64,000 nucleotides of DNA from Octopus vulgaris (taxonomy: Eukaryota). Both the position numbers and the translations under genes were made by a program. Every line of letters starts with the position of its first letter. Position 1 is the stretch's first letter. The notes below the pieces were generated by a model. The model searched no databases, was not told the DNA's origin, and worked only from the letters and a program-made list of their open reading frames with translations. The stretch is taken from the NCBI GenBank assembly GCA_951406725.2, contig OX597821.1, forward strand, positions 22,692,001-22,756,000, read 5' to 3'. Below, piece after piece: positions 47,533 to 59,297 of the stretch.

Positions 47533-47675
47533 CTCTGGTGCCATAAAGGCTATTGTCCCTAGTAATTGTCCCTGAAATTCACCAGCCTGAGTAGTCTGTG
47601 AGGCCAAACGAGCAGCAGCACCAAAATCACCAATTCGGACCCTCTGTCCAGTACTGTCCACTAAGAGGTTAGCAC
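47533..47675 (-). CDS. MAP3K1: MAP3K1 exon (DFG to APE)
   Basis: AG/GT; (G)[47 protein letters not shown], a MEKK1-diagnostic activation loop. Confidence 0.98.
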
Positions 47676-48039
47676 CTGCAGATATTGATATAGAGAGATG
47701 TGAATGTTGTGGTCAATGAGGGTGTGTACACAAGTTATAGGTAAACTGCAGCTCACATGCTGCATGGCTATTTCGTAGTGCAGCCAGCTTGAAGATGTGC
47801 CATGCTTCATACAGCCTGCTTCTCTAAAAAGGTTTACCCATGCTTGGTGTACACAGTACAGAGTGAACAGTTCACAAAACAAACACAAACGCACATGCAC
47901 ACACACACACATATTTTTTATTAATGTTTAGCAGAAGCAACAGAATGAATCAAAGTCCAAAAGTTTCGTGCGTTGGCACTTATCAAACTGGTTACAGGTT
48001 GCAGGTCCGTGTGTTTATTGTAGCTATGTAAGACACAAA

Positions 48040-48240
48040 TAAGATGATAATTTATTTTCGAATGCAGAGACACCGTTAGAATATCAAAAACATTTGATAA
48101 ATTACTCTTACAAAGCAGAAAAATCTGTCACCAAACACCCATGGAACTATTTGACAGATTTTTCCACTTTGTAAGTGTATTTTACCCAATTTTTCTGTTG
48201 TTCTAATGGCATTGCTGCGTTTGAAAATAAATTATCATCT
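48040..48240. mobile_element. Old palindromic MITE-like element
   Basis: Diverged inverted arms AGATGATAATTTATTTTCGAATGCAG...AAAAATCTGTCA and TGACAGATTTTT...CTGCGTTTGAAAATAAATTATCATCT. Confidence 0.6.
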
Positions 48241-48974
48241 CTCTCATTTGTATTTTACAGTAAACATTTCAACGCTCATAAAAAAACAAATATTAGTTTG
48301 TTTACATTTATATACACTTAGTTATATATATATCTGTAAATGTAATATGTGACAATTATTCGGTAGCCATGATAAAACCCCGAATTCTGGATGTTGGGGT
48401 GGAAATCCACGCTGCCATCTCTTCAGTTATCCGGCCATCGGAAAAAACGCTATGAAAATGACCGTTAAAGAAAGGGAAATTACTGTGTGATTGACCGTTA
48501 TTAAGACAAAAGAGGTCTTTGAATGATTGCTAAGTGAGGGGAGGGAGTAAAAGTAAGAGGGAAAAAATGTACATAGTATTCGTGTAAGCACATATGTCTT
48601 TACCTACACATGTGCTCCTGCACACCCACGTACATGTGCCTATAATTATACACTCACCCACACCATTCGGCAAAAAATATATATAAATACAATCCCCCCC
48701 ACATACACATGTGCACCAAAAAGGTTCATACACAAGTCTATATACACACATGTATGTATACACACACACACGCACACACAGGTTAGAATATAAGTACATA
48801 AGGTGGGAAAAATATGTATAATATAATAAGTGTTATGTACAATTCATAGGATTATGTGCAAAAGTCAGGAAAGTGAACAGTGAATGAGTCAAGATATACA
48901 TGTGTGCATGCGTATGGAGGGGTGGGATATCAGGTGTAGTGTTGGCACCGAAGATAGAGTAATATGTTTTTATT

Positions 48975-49097
48975 AAAGCTGCAAAATTATCACAAGACTA
49001 TTACTCAGAGTTTCACATTCCCATTCATCACAACTGTCCAACAAATGGGAACGTGAAACTCTGAGTAACAGTCTTGTGATAATTTTACAGCTTTAAA
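48975..49097. mobile_element. Palindrome made of two head-to-head decayed hammerhead motifs
   Basis: Plus arm ACTGT-CCAACAA-ATG-GGAA-CGT-GAAA-CTCTGAG-TA-ACAGT; minus arm GTGATGA-ATGGGAATGT-GAAA-CTCTGAG-TA. Confidence 0.7.
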
Positions 49098-49112
49098 ACA
49101 GTGAAGCAGTAA

Positions 49113-49272
49113 CATTTTGTAGAAGGTTGATTATTATGACCAGTCAGAGAGTGGCCGTTAGTTTTGCACCAGACTCAAATGACCTGACGAGTCGCCTATA
49201 CTGCTAAGTGCTTTATAGGTGCAAAACCAATAGCCACTCTCTGACTGGTCATAACAATCAACCTTCTAAAAT
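49113..49272. mobile_element. Fold-back element with a decayed hammerhead motif
   Basis: About 55-bp arms (AGAAGGTTGATT..GAGAGTGGC..TTTTGCACC); loop contains CTGACGA-GT-CGCCTATA..TATAGGTG-C-AAAA. Confidence 0.6.
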
Positions 49273-49284
49273 ATAAATACATAT

Positions 49285-49328
<44 letters not shown>

Positions 49329-49387
49329 GTAGTAGTAGTAGTAACAGAAAAGAGGAATTTCGGTTGTCCCCACGTGATGAATTGTAA

Positions 49388-50040
49388 TGTATATAAGAAA
49401 AATAAAAATGGAAAATACGCACACTTACATGGTTATAGTATAATTTTTAATGTATTGACCGGTTTCGCAATCGCTATTCATGATACAATGTTTAATTTAT
49501 ATGAAAATATATTTTTTCTTAAGAAGAAAATGGATCCATGTTGTTTATAATGAGATTCACGAGTGAATGATTTTACAAGTTGACAAGTAAAGGGAGGTAA
49601 TTGGTTGTTATTATTGTCTGTAAGGGAGATAACTGTTTAGGTTTTGGGTGGGGAAAAAATATGTGTACAGAAAGGAGACAGGTTTAAAAAAAAAGGGGGC
49701 TTTCTTTAGTAGGGGATTTATGTACAGTGATGTAATATGTAAAAATATAAAAATTGGTTATGCGTGCTTATTCAGACGTGTTTTGTATTTTTCAATGAAA
49801 AAAGTTTCTTTATTTAAGCGTTCTAGTTGAGATATTGTGTCTTTGCACTGGTAGAAAGGGAAGACTGTAAAATGTGGTTTGATGTTACCTGCACATTTTT
49901 CTATGTGTTCAAAAAATATATTTTCATATAAATTAAACATTGTATCATGAATAGCAATTGCGAAACCGGTCGCTACATTAACAATTATACTATAACCATG
50001 TAAATGTGTGTATTTTCCGTTTTTATTTTTCTTATATATA
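49388..50040 (-). mobile_element. 5'-truncated Penelope-like element: GIY-YIG endonuclease C-terminus, pLTR and inverted partial pLTR
   Basis: HIEKCAGNIKPHFTVFPFYQCKDTISQLERLNKETFFIEKYKTRLN* (49758-49912) fits the PLE endonuclease end; about 125-bp inverted repeats 49390-49515 and 49912-50038 with hammerhead motifs; (TA)n flanks. Confidence 0.85.
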
Positions 50041-50906
50041 TATATATATATATGCATATGACATACATCCAGAACCACGCTAATAGCCAAGGAGTGAAAT
50101 TTAGGATTCTGCGGTTTTCTGTGAATCGCTTTTGATAAAACTTTTCCCAGCTAGTTTGCACAACTATGGCAACACCATTGTTATGTTTTCATTATTCTGT
50201 GTAATGTCCTTTCTTTTTTATTTCAGATTCTTCAGTTTTTGGGTAAACCACACTAATAGCTTTTGAATGAAAATAGCCCATCTAAACATTTTTTGTTTTC
50301 AGAAAATGAAATATATACTGAGTATATATTTAACAGAAAACCTTAATAAAATCATAACATTTATTTGAGGAATATTGGTTGCAAGTTACGTGGGAAACCT
50401 GGACAAACAAGCAAAGCCCTTTTCACTACCTCTGGACTTCCTCATGTACCAAAATCCACCAGAAGTCGCATCCTTGGGACCATGGCCTTCGAATTATTGG
50501 TAGAACTCGTTTTTGCCAGCAGCGTGGACTGGAGCAATGTGAAATAGTGTCTTGCTGAAGGACGTAACACAGTTGCCGGGAATTGAACTTATGACCCTGT
50601 GACTGTGAGCTGGATACCCTAACCACTAAGCCACACAACAGGCATATAACACACACATATATCACATACACACACATACATATACATATATTGTACTATG
50701 GCTATAGGACAGATTGAGCTAGGCTTTCACAACAATACAGAGTGTCATAGTGTTGTGTCATGGCTTTGATATGTACAGAGGTAGCATTTGTTGTGGCTAC
50801 AGTATACAGTGTAGTAGTGTTGTGTTGTGGCTACAGTGTTGAACAACCGAATGATATTCTTAGAACTGACCCATATGACCAGATTGGTTTGAGGTTTGCC
50901 ACTCAC

Positions 50907-51038
50907 CTTTAAGATCACGATGTAGAACTTGGTTTTCATGAAGATATGTCAAGCCACGAAGTACTTGGTGTGTGTAGCTAATGACCACAGTCTCAGAAAA
51001 GCTGCCATACTTTGCCAATAGGTTGGAAACAGAGCCAC
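50907..51038 (-). CDS. MAP3K1: MAP3K1 exon (hinge to HRD catalytic loop)
   Basis: AG/GTGAGT; (G)[43 protein letters not shown](G); phase 1-1. Confidence 0.97.
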
Positions 51039-52074
51039 CTGGTGACATAAGGGTACATAAAAAAAAGAGCATTACACACAGCAGCTAAATACATCATCAT
51101 CATCATAATTTAGTGTCTGCTTTCCATGCTGGCATGGAATAGACTGTTTCACTGGAACTGGAAAGCCAGAGAACTGCCCCAGGTTCCAGTTTAATTTGGC
51201 ATGGTTTCTATGGTTGGATGCCCTTCCTAATACCAACCACTCCAAGAGTGTAGTGGGTGCATTTTGTGTGCCACCAGCATGGGTGCCAGTTACGTAACAC
51301 TAGCATCAGCCACAACTTCTCAAGCACAGTATATCATCAAAGGTCTCAGTCACTTGTCACTGCCTTCATTAGGCCCAATGTTTGAAGGGTGCTTTTTACA
51401 TGCCAGTTATGTGACACTGGCATCGGCCATGACTATGATTTCACTTGGTTTCACGGGTCTTCTCAAGCACGGCGTATCACCAAAGATCTTGGTCACTTGC
51501 CATTGCCTCTGTGAGGCCCAAAGAAAATGAAGTAGATTTTCAATGTGGGATAGTTGTGAAAACAGCCTAGAAAATCAGGTAAATACCCCTAGAAAAGGTA
51601 TAGGGTACGATTTTCTGTGACCACCTGCTAGCAACTCTTTCCCATCTTAGAGTATTTACCCAATTTTCAAAATTCAAAATTTAATTTATTTTCAGTAACC
51701 CACACAACGTGGGGTGCTTGGTGTTAGGAAGGGCATATAGATGTAAAAACCATGCCAAAACAGACACTGAAGCCTGGTGCAGTCTTCTGCCTAGCCAGCT
51801 CAAGTCAAACCGTCCAACCCATGCCAGCATGGAAAGCAGGTGTTAAAGGATGATGATGATGATGATATATATATATATATATATATATGAAATAACAGAA
51901 GTTGAACATGCACAGCGAATGTTTATGAAAATTTATTTATATTAATATCAATGCACCTAACCAGTTTCACTTTTGTGTTATTTTCAAAAGTGTACGATTT
52001 GAGAGACATGGAGCTGCGTCACAAATTATCATTTCTAGGCATTGTCCTAAAGTTTGTTCATTTTTATAAAGAGA

Positions 52075-52449
52075 CTAGCAGTATCGCCCGGCGTTGCTCG
52101 GGTTTGTAAGGGAAATAACTATATAAGCATTTTTAGAGAGTTATAGCCAAAAAATAGCAAAGAAAATGATGGTAAATTTTTTTTTAAATCGTTGACTCAT
52201 CGTAGACATTTTTAGAGAGTTACTTCCCTTATATAATAGCGAAAAAATGCATCAAAATGGAAAAAATGATGGTAAATTTTTTTTTAAATCGTAGACTCAT
52301 CGTAGACGCGCGCTAATACCCAGAAGGGCTCGATATGAATCACGACTATAAGATACCCAGTTTTAGTTAAACTGAACGCAAAATGTGGGAGTAGTTAGGA
52401 ATCTAAATCGTAGGAGACAGACACACAACTTCACTTTTATATATAAAGA
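52075..52449 (-). mobile_element. Non-autonomous Helitron
   Basis: Minus strand A|TCTTTATATATAAAAG ... CCCGAGCAACGCCGGG hairpin ... CTAG|T; internal tandem duplication. Confidence 0.88.
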
Positions 52450-52732
52450 TGTGGCTCCCATCACAATCAGTTAACATACAGATTGACTGGTTGGAGATGA
52501 TCACACAGTGAAGTAAGGGTACTTTTGGATCAGTTCTCTGCAATGTCCATTGATTATGGCCAAATGATAGCTGTGTGTGAGGGTAACATCAAAGGTTTAG
52601 TGCAGGAGCTCTGTCACGTGACAGTCACACCAATAGCTATGTCTCCTCTAGTCCTTGAAATAAAACACAGCTGAAAGGCTACACATTTTCACAGAGAATT
52701 ACAATTGATACCATTTATATGATAGTGGTATA

Positions 52733-52782
<50 letters not shown>

Positions 52783-52915
52783 GTTTTCCCATTGCTCAGG
52801 TACCTATCACTGACAAAGCCAAATGAGATCGAAATATTGTGATCTGGTAATCCTCTCAGTAGAAGTAGCAGTGATTGCCTGCCACTGGTGAAGCTATATA
52901 TATATATATATATAC

Positions 52916-53190
52916 ACTAAGTAATTAGGGTTCAGCAACGATTTGCCTCACCACACACCAAATTTAGAAATAGCAGTCAAAAAGTCTTGGCTATTCTTTA
53001 AAGTAGAAAGAATAGCCAAGACTTTTTGACTGCTATTTCTAAATTCGGTGTGTGGTGAGGCAAATCGTTGCTGAACCCTAATTACTTAGTATTACTTAAA
53101 CTTACCTTGAATTGGTCTTTTACATGCCAAATTCTACTTGGTGAAATTACTGATTACTTCTTAATTAATTAATTTCACCCTTTGTTATGA
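52916..53190. mobile_element. Fold-back Penelope-like element in (TA)n
   Basis: 84-bp arms 52916-52999 and 53007-53090, 1 mismatch; tail homologous to 39010-39090. Confidence 0.8.
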
Positions 53191-53409
53191 TATATATATA
53201 TATATACACTGTGTTAAACCTTAGGCAAGGCACACCATTCAACTTTATATAAATACCTTAGTATATTTAATTACAGCTTTAAAATTATGAATTCTTATTA
53301 TCATAAGATTATCCCTGATCTCCAAACCATGTGGTTGTGAAATACTTAACAACACAACCTGCCTGCACCTTGCCATCTATTCAGTCAGGACTAAGCTAGA
53401 CTAAGCCAC

Positions 53410-53665
53410 AACATCACCATCACTGTTGCTGCCAACCACCACCACCACCACCACCACCACTACTACTACTACGACAGCTGCTGCTACAGCTACTACTATT
53501 ACACCACTACCACCTACTACTGCTACTTGTACACCTACAACTACTACCATCGACTACTACTACTATTAATACTACCACCACCACCATTACCTACTACTAC
53601 GACTACTACTACTATGACTACGACTACTACTACTACTACTACTACAGATACTACTACTACTACTA
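53410..53665. repeat. (CAC)n/(TAC)n trinucleotide repeat abutting a splice donor
   Basis: Directly visible. Confidence 0.95.
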
Positions 53666-53667
53666 AC

Positions 53668-53830
53668 CTGGCATCCATTCAACAAACATATTGAAGTGGC
53701 AGCCTTGCCGTGTGGCACCCATGATCCGTACAACATTGGGATGATTCAGTGCAGCTATCATGTGAATCTCCTCCGTGACATCTTGGATCACCTTCTCCTG
53801 CTCTTCTTCCGTGTTCCGACAGAAGGAAAT
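53668..53830 (-). CDS. MAP3K1: MAP3K1 exon (alphaC helix to gatekeeper)
   Basis: AG/GT; ISFCRNTEEEQEKVIQDVTEEIHMIAALNHPNVVRIMGATRQGCHFNMFVEWMP(G); 163 bp. Confidence 0.97.
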
Positions 53831-54765
53831 CTGAAATGATAAAGAAGGAGAAATAATCATCATTAAACCAATTGGTTAAGTAAATATCTAAACGAAGCAT
53901 GTTAACGAATCTCTTATCATTCAGATGCCAGTGCCCCATAAAAAGCACTATCCAAAACGTGATCAAGGCCAGGCCCACCTGACTGGCTCCTGTCTCAGTG
54001 GCAGTTAAAAAGCACCCACTACACACTCGGAGTGGTTGGCATTAGGAAGAGCATCCAGCTGTAGAAACCTTGCCAGATCAGATTGGAGCCTGGTGTGGCC
54101 TCCTGGCTTTCTAGACCTCAGTCAAACCATCCAACCCATGCCACTATGGAAAACTGATGTTAAACGATGATGAAGCTGGCTTCGCAACTACATGGTTCCA
54201 AGTTCAGTTCCATTACACTGCACTTCCAGCAAGTGTTGTCTGCTACAGCCTTGGGCTGACAAAAGCCCCATGAGGGGATCTGAGAGACACACTAAAAAGA
54301 ACACGTTATTCATTCACTCATTCATGCATGCATACTTACATACATGAGTATACACACGTTCTCTTTTTTTCTTCTTTTTTTCTGTCATTTTTTTTTTACC
54401 TGTCACTAGACTATGACCATGCTGGAGCACCACCTTGAATTTTTAGTTGAATGAATCAACTCCAGGACTTATTTTTTAAAGCCTGGTAATTATTTCATCA
54501 GACTCTTTTCTTAAACCGCTAAATTATGAGGATGCAAACACACCACACTGGCTGTCAAGGGGGGACAAACACAGACATGAAGTCACACACACACACACAT
54601 ATGAGGGGCTTCTTCTCGCTTCCGTCTACTAAATCTACTCACAAGGTTTTGGTCAGCCGAAGGCTATAGTAGAAGACACTAACCCTAGGTGCCATGCAGT
54701 GGGACCGAACCTGGAACCATGCAATTGGGAAGCAAGCCTATTACCATGTATATGTATATATATAT

Positions 54766-55166
54766 AATTAATAAAAACAGCTGTTTGCAACATTACACCA
54801 TAAAGAAAAATTATAGTCATCATCTAAACTTGACTAACACCTACATTGCTTGAAATAGGAGTTAAAATGCTCCAATGCTGTTACAAAGCACGTGACAGAC
54901 TCTGATAGGGGCAGCAATCACACCGAACGAAGAGTTCCTTAAACTGACCGGCCAGTTACGGCTATTTCCATAGCCATCTTCAGTAAGGCCGGCTCATTTG
55001 GCTGATTCCAGGCAACCTCGCCTATCAGAGTATATATATATTCACCATAAAAATCTATGGATGATTTAGTAGGTCGCTAATGTGTATACAAAAAATTAAC
55101 AAAAGCAGCTGTTTGAAACATTATACCATAAAGGAAAATTATAGTCATCAACTATACTTGACTAAG
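54766..55166 (-). mobile_element. Hammerhead-bearing element bounded by about 72-bp direct repeats (retrozyme- or pLTR-like)
   Basis: Repeats 54766-54837 and 55094-55166; minus strand CTGAAGA-T-GGCTAT-GGAA-ATAGCC-GTAA-CTGGCCGG-TC at about 54945-54983. Confidence 0.6.
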
Positions 55167-55194
55167 GGCATGAATAACACACATATATGCCGCC

Positions 55195-55234
<40 letters not shown>

Positions 55235-55237
<3 letters not shown>

Positions 55238-55647
55238 TCTTTACTCTTTTACTTGTTTCAGTCATTTGACTGCGGCCATGCTGGAGCACCGCCTTTAATC
55301 GAGCATCTCGACCCCCAGGACTTATTCTTTAGTAAGCCCAGTACTTATTCTATCGGTCTCTTTTGCCGAACCGCTAAGTAACGGGGACATAAACACACCA
55401 GCATCGGTTGTCAAGCAATGCTAGGGGGACAAACACAGACACACGAACACACACACACATATATATATATATACACATATATACGACGGGCTTCTTTCAG
55501 TTTCCGTCTACCAAATCCACTCACAAGGCTTTGGTCGGCCCGAGGCTATAGTAGAAGACACTTGCCCAAGGTGCCACGCAGTGGGACTGAACCCGGAACC
55601 ATGTGGTTGGTAAACAAGCTACTTACCACACAGCCACTCCTGCGCCT
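55235..55647 (-). mobile_element. SINE family A (young, CpGs retained)
   Basis: Full-length reverse complement copy. Confidence 0.92.
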
Positions 55648-55999
55648 ATATATATATATATATATAAACGAAACGATATAAAGAATAATCAGCCGAAATT
55701 GTGAGGATAATCTGGTGCTTGACTGAAGAAAGAAAACTTCGAATGACCCGTTCTTGTTTTCATTGGAATGTAGAGAACAAAAATAAATTCACATTTTGAA
55801 CCTGAGAAAAGTCTTGCACAGTTTTACTGCTCCACTTAGATATAGTTTTTGTAATGTACATGTTAGCTGGTTGATTTCATTCTCTGAAAATTTTTTAAAT
55901 ACCCAGAAAAATATTGGTGTTGCTTTGGCATGTGATCTACAACTTACAGGGTGATTGCTGTAAGTTATTGTTTAGTTTACTTTTCAATTTCTAAAGGTA

Positions 56000-56820
56000 A
56001 AAAACCATGACATTTTGATTCGGTTAACTGATGCCGCTTATCGTAAAAGAAAGTGCAATGGATTTTGTTATTTAAATCAGTATAATAGAATAGAACCATT
56101 TCCTGTTTGGATAGACTGATAAGTTTGGCAGCTGCAAGTTTAGAAAACATAAAGCTGGCAAGATTTCACCGGTTTTCCCTTTTCTTTGGGCATCTTTCAT
56201 TTCTCCACCACAAAGATGACATCGTGCAACATTTTCTTCATCATCTAAACGACCATTTTCTCATAAAAATGCAACTGCCTTTGTCTCTTCACTGATCTTA
56301 CTGTTAAAATCTTTAGCCAACATCTTACAGGTTTTTAGTGGCACCAAAAAATCACTATATGCTTGTAGAGGCATATTGAAAAGGTTCATCTTCAACTAGA
56401 TATTGATATTGAAGCAATTTCTTCCAGATCTACACTGATTGGAAGACATAGAATATATTTGTCTTGAAAACGTCACATTTGCTTTCGTCATGCACATCAC
56501 ACAAGGCAAATAAGAACTGTGACTATTGACATTATTGTCCAACGAATTCATTAGCATATTTTTGAAATTTTAAAAATAAGTTAAAATAAATACGATGAAG
56601 CTTTTGATGCTGCTCTGGTGAAAATTCTGAGTAATTAGCAGATAATATTTTCAGGTGAAAAAAGTTATTTTGGGCAATGTTTTGTATGTTTACACATTTT
56701 TGGATCCTCTTAAAAATATTCAACATACGTTCCAGATAAAATTCTTTTAGTTTAATAGGGTAGTCAAACTTTACTGGGAAAAATAAATCAATATAATTCT
56801 TGTCAGTGTTCAAGATTTAC
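56000..56820 (-). mobile_element. Possible decayed EnSpm/CACTA-like transposase remnant
   Basis: Weak motifs VNSHSSYLPCVMC and FGATKNL in broken frames. Confidence 0.3.
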
Positions 56821-56954
56821 AGATTGGATATTTCATTGGGGTCTGTCTGCTGTGTACGCTTTGGGAGAGTGGCAGGAGGACATTATAGGGAAGTTACACT
56901 GTCTGGAGATGTTACAAGAGGAGACAACTCTGTTTGAATTACCCAAACAATCTT

Positions 56955-57126
56955 ACAGTTCTTTAGTTCTCCACTACACACCTGATCCATCACCCACCTA
57001 ACGATGTGTCTATATATCCTACCTACTGCTACAGGCAAACCTAACTCTTACCAGCATTGCTTCAAAGAGAAAGTGGAGTGGGAAGAAGCAGTATGGCCAA
57101 GTCTATTGAAGCATCAGCAAAGCAAA
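56955..57126 (+). pseudogene. Inverted partial duplicate of MAP3K1 exon 61864-62033 plus upstream intron
   Basis: Aligns to the reverse complement of about 61938-62105; GKPNSYQHCFKEKVEWEEAV versus GKPDSYQYCCKEEVEREEAV; 4-nt deletion; 15-bp flanking direct repeat. Confidence 0.9.
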
Positions 57127-57334
57127 TGCTTTCTCTCTCTCTCTCTCGATCTACTCCAAGAGGAGACAACTTCGTCTCTAAACGTCAATTATAACGTACA
57201 GGTCCAACACTAATACCTTTCCATACTATTGATTTTGCCAAACCGTTAAAATTACTTGAAATGAAATACAAGTGCTTGCACATTAGTATAGTGTACTTGT
57301 TCATTAGTACAAACGATACAAGCTAATTAATACT

Positions 57335-57564
57335 TATTTCTTTATTACCCACAAGGGGCTAAACACAGAGGGGACAAACAAGGACAGACGAACGGATTAA
57401 GTCGATTACATCGACCCCAGTGCGTAACTGGTACTTAATTTATCGACCCCGAAAGGATGAAAGGCAAAGTCGACCTTGGCGGAATTTGAACTCACAACGT
57501 AACGCAGACGAAATACCACTAAGCATTTCGCCCGGTGTGTTAACGTTTGTGCCAGATTGCCGCC
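57335..57564 (-). mobile_element. SINE family B (MetaSINE-like) with 17-bp TSD
   Basis: TSD ACAAGCTAATTAATACT at 57318-57334 and 57565-57581. Confidence 0.92.
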
Positions 57565-58042
57565 ACAAGCTAATTAATACTGTACTGTGCAATGTTCTAG
57601 TCTGTGCAAGATACCAGTAAGCTAATATGGTAGCCACAAGAATTTGAGGTTCGTTCCTGCTCATGAATTAGTGTGGATTATAAAAGGTTCTGGATCATCA
57701 ATATCCAGAATGTCAGTGTTGTACCTGCAGTAATGAACCCTAGGGAGAGCTGAGCAGCAGAAAGTCTTCAGTGAAGTAACTCCATACTCCTAATTCAAGT
57801 GTTTTGGCCCTTAACTCCTTATACTCTAAGGGAACTGGTTCATATCCAGGTCATGACTCCTGGATATCCTCTCTACTGTCACATATGGTGGTGCTATTTT
57901 CATTTTGACCTGCTACTTCCTCTAATAAGACATGAACTGACCCTGGAGCTAAACAATAAGTGTATAACAATTGTATTCGATCCTGTGTTCTCCATATAGC
58001 AATTACATTTCAATCACATGCACAAGCCTAATTGGTATATAA

Positions 58043-58275
58043 AGGCGGTGAGCTGGCAGAAACGTTAGCATGCCAGGCGAAATGCTTAGCGGTATTTCGT
58101 CTGCCGTTACGTTCTGAGTTCAAATTCCACCGAGGTCGACTTTGCATTTCATCCTTTCGTGGTCGATTAAATAAGTACCAGTTACGCACTGGGGTCGATA
58201 TAATCGACTTAATCCGTTTGCCTGTCCTTGTTTGTCCTCTCTGTGTTTAGCCCCTTGTGGGTAGTAAAGAAATAG
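58043..58275 (+). mobile_element. SINE family B (MetaSINE-like)
   Basis: GGCGGTGAGCTGGCAGAA head, GAGTTCAAATTCC B box, Meta-like block. Confidence 0.9.
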
Positions 58276-59119
58276 GTATACAATCACTGATTGCTGCTCA
58301 TGTTATAGTTCAATGGCTCATCTACACATTCTGTGGACTCAGCATATAAACACAATCAAATTTGTTGCCAATTTCATAGAGTGTCAAGACATCTGAGCTG
58401 CCATAACCCTAACCCCATTCTTGCCACCTTCGGACTGTTTCATTTTCCCGTTGGCATTCACTCTCCTCATGACACTGCGAATATGGATTTGATGTGTAAA
58501 AATGAACCCAAATTTCTAACAAAGACTTTCTGCATGTGTCACATACATTGTTTCATTTGAATATTTATTTGCTTGTAATAAATCTTCTCTATTAAATCAT
58601 CATCATTGTTTAACGTCCGCTTTCCATGCTAGCATGGGTTAGACGGTTCAACTGGGGTCTGGGAAGCCCGAAGGCTGCACCAGGCCAGTCAGATCTGGCA
58701 GTGTTTCTACAGCTGGATGCCCTTCCTAATGCCAACCATGAGTGTAGTGGGTGCTTTATATGTGCCACCGACACAGGTGCCAGACGAGGCTGGTGAATGG
58801 CCACGCTTGGATGGTGTTTTTTACGTGCCACCGGCACGGAGGCCAGGGAAGGCTGGCACGGCTACGCTCGGATGGTGTTTGTTACGTGCCACCAGCACGG
58901 AGGCCAGTCGATGCGGTACTGGCTACGGCCATGTTCGGATGGTTTTCTTATGTGCCACCGGCACTGGTATCACAAAACTACAAATTCCATTGATGTTCAT
59001 CGATTTTGATTTGATTCTTTGATTTTTGATTTTTAGATTATGTTCTAAACCATAAAGAGCTCTTCCAACGTGTTACAAGTACAACTGAACACATAAACAA
59101 ACATCTATATGACACAAAC

Positions 59120-59259
59120 CTGTTTGACAGCCATTAAGGTCCCAGTCTTCACATCCCTTGCTTGGTAACAACTGCTGAATGCTCCTGTCCCTAACAAGTT
59201 ACTTCGTACCCAATGTACATTCTCTAAGTACAGAGGGCTGTTGTTGTTGTTGCTGTTGT

Positions 59260-59297
<38 letters not shown>

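Noticed and set aside
58404-58415. TAACCCTAAC as a telomerase RNA template
   Set aside because: Isolated 10-mer with no supporting pseudoknot or H/ACA context; expected by chance.
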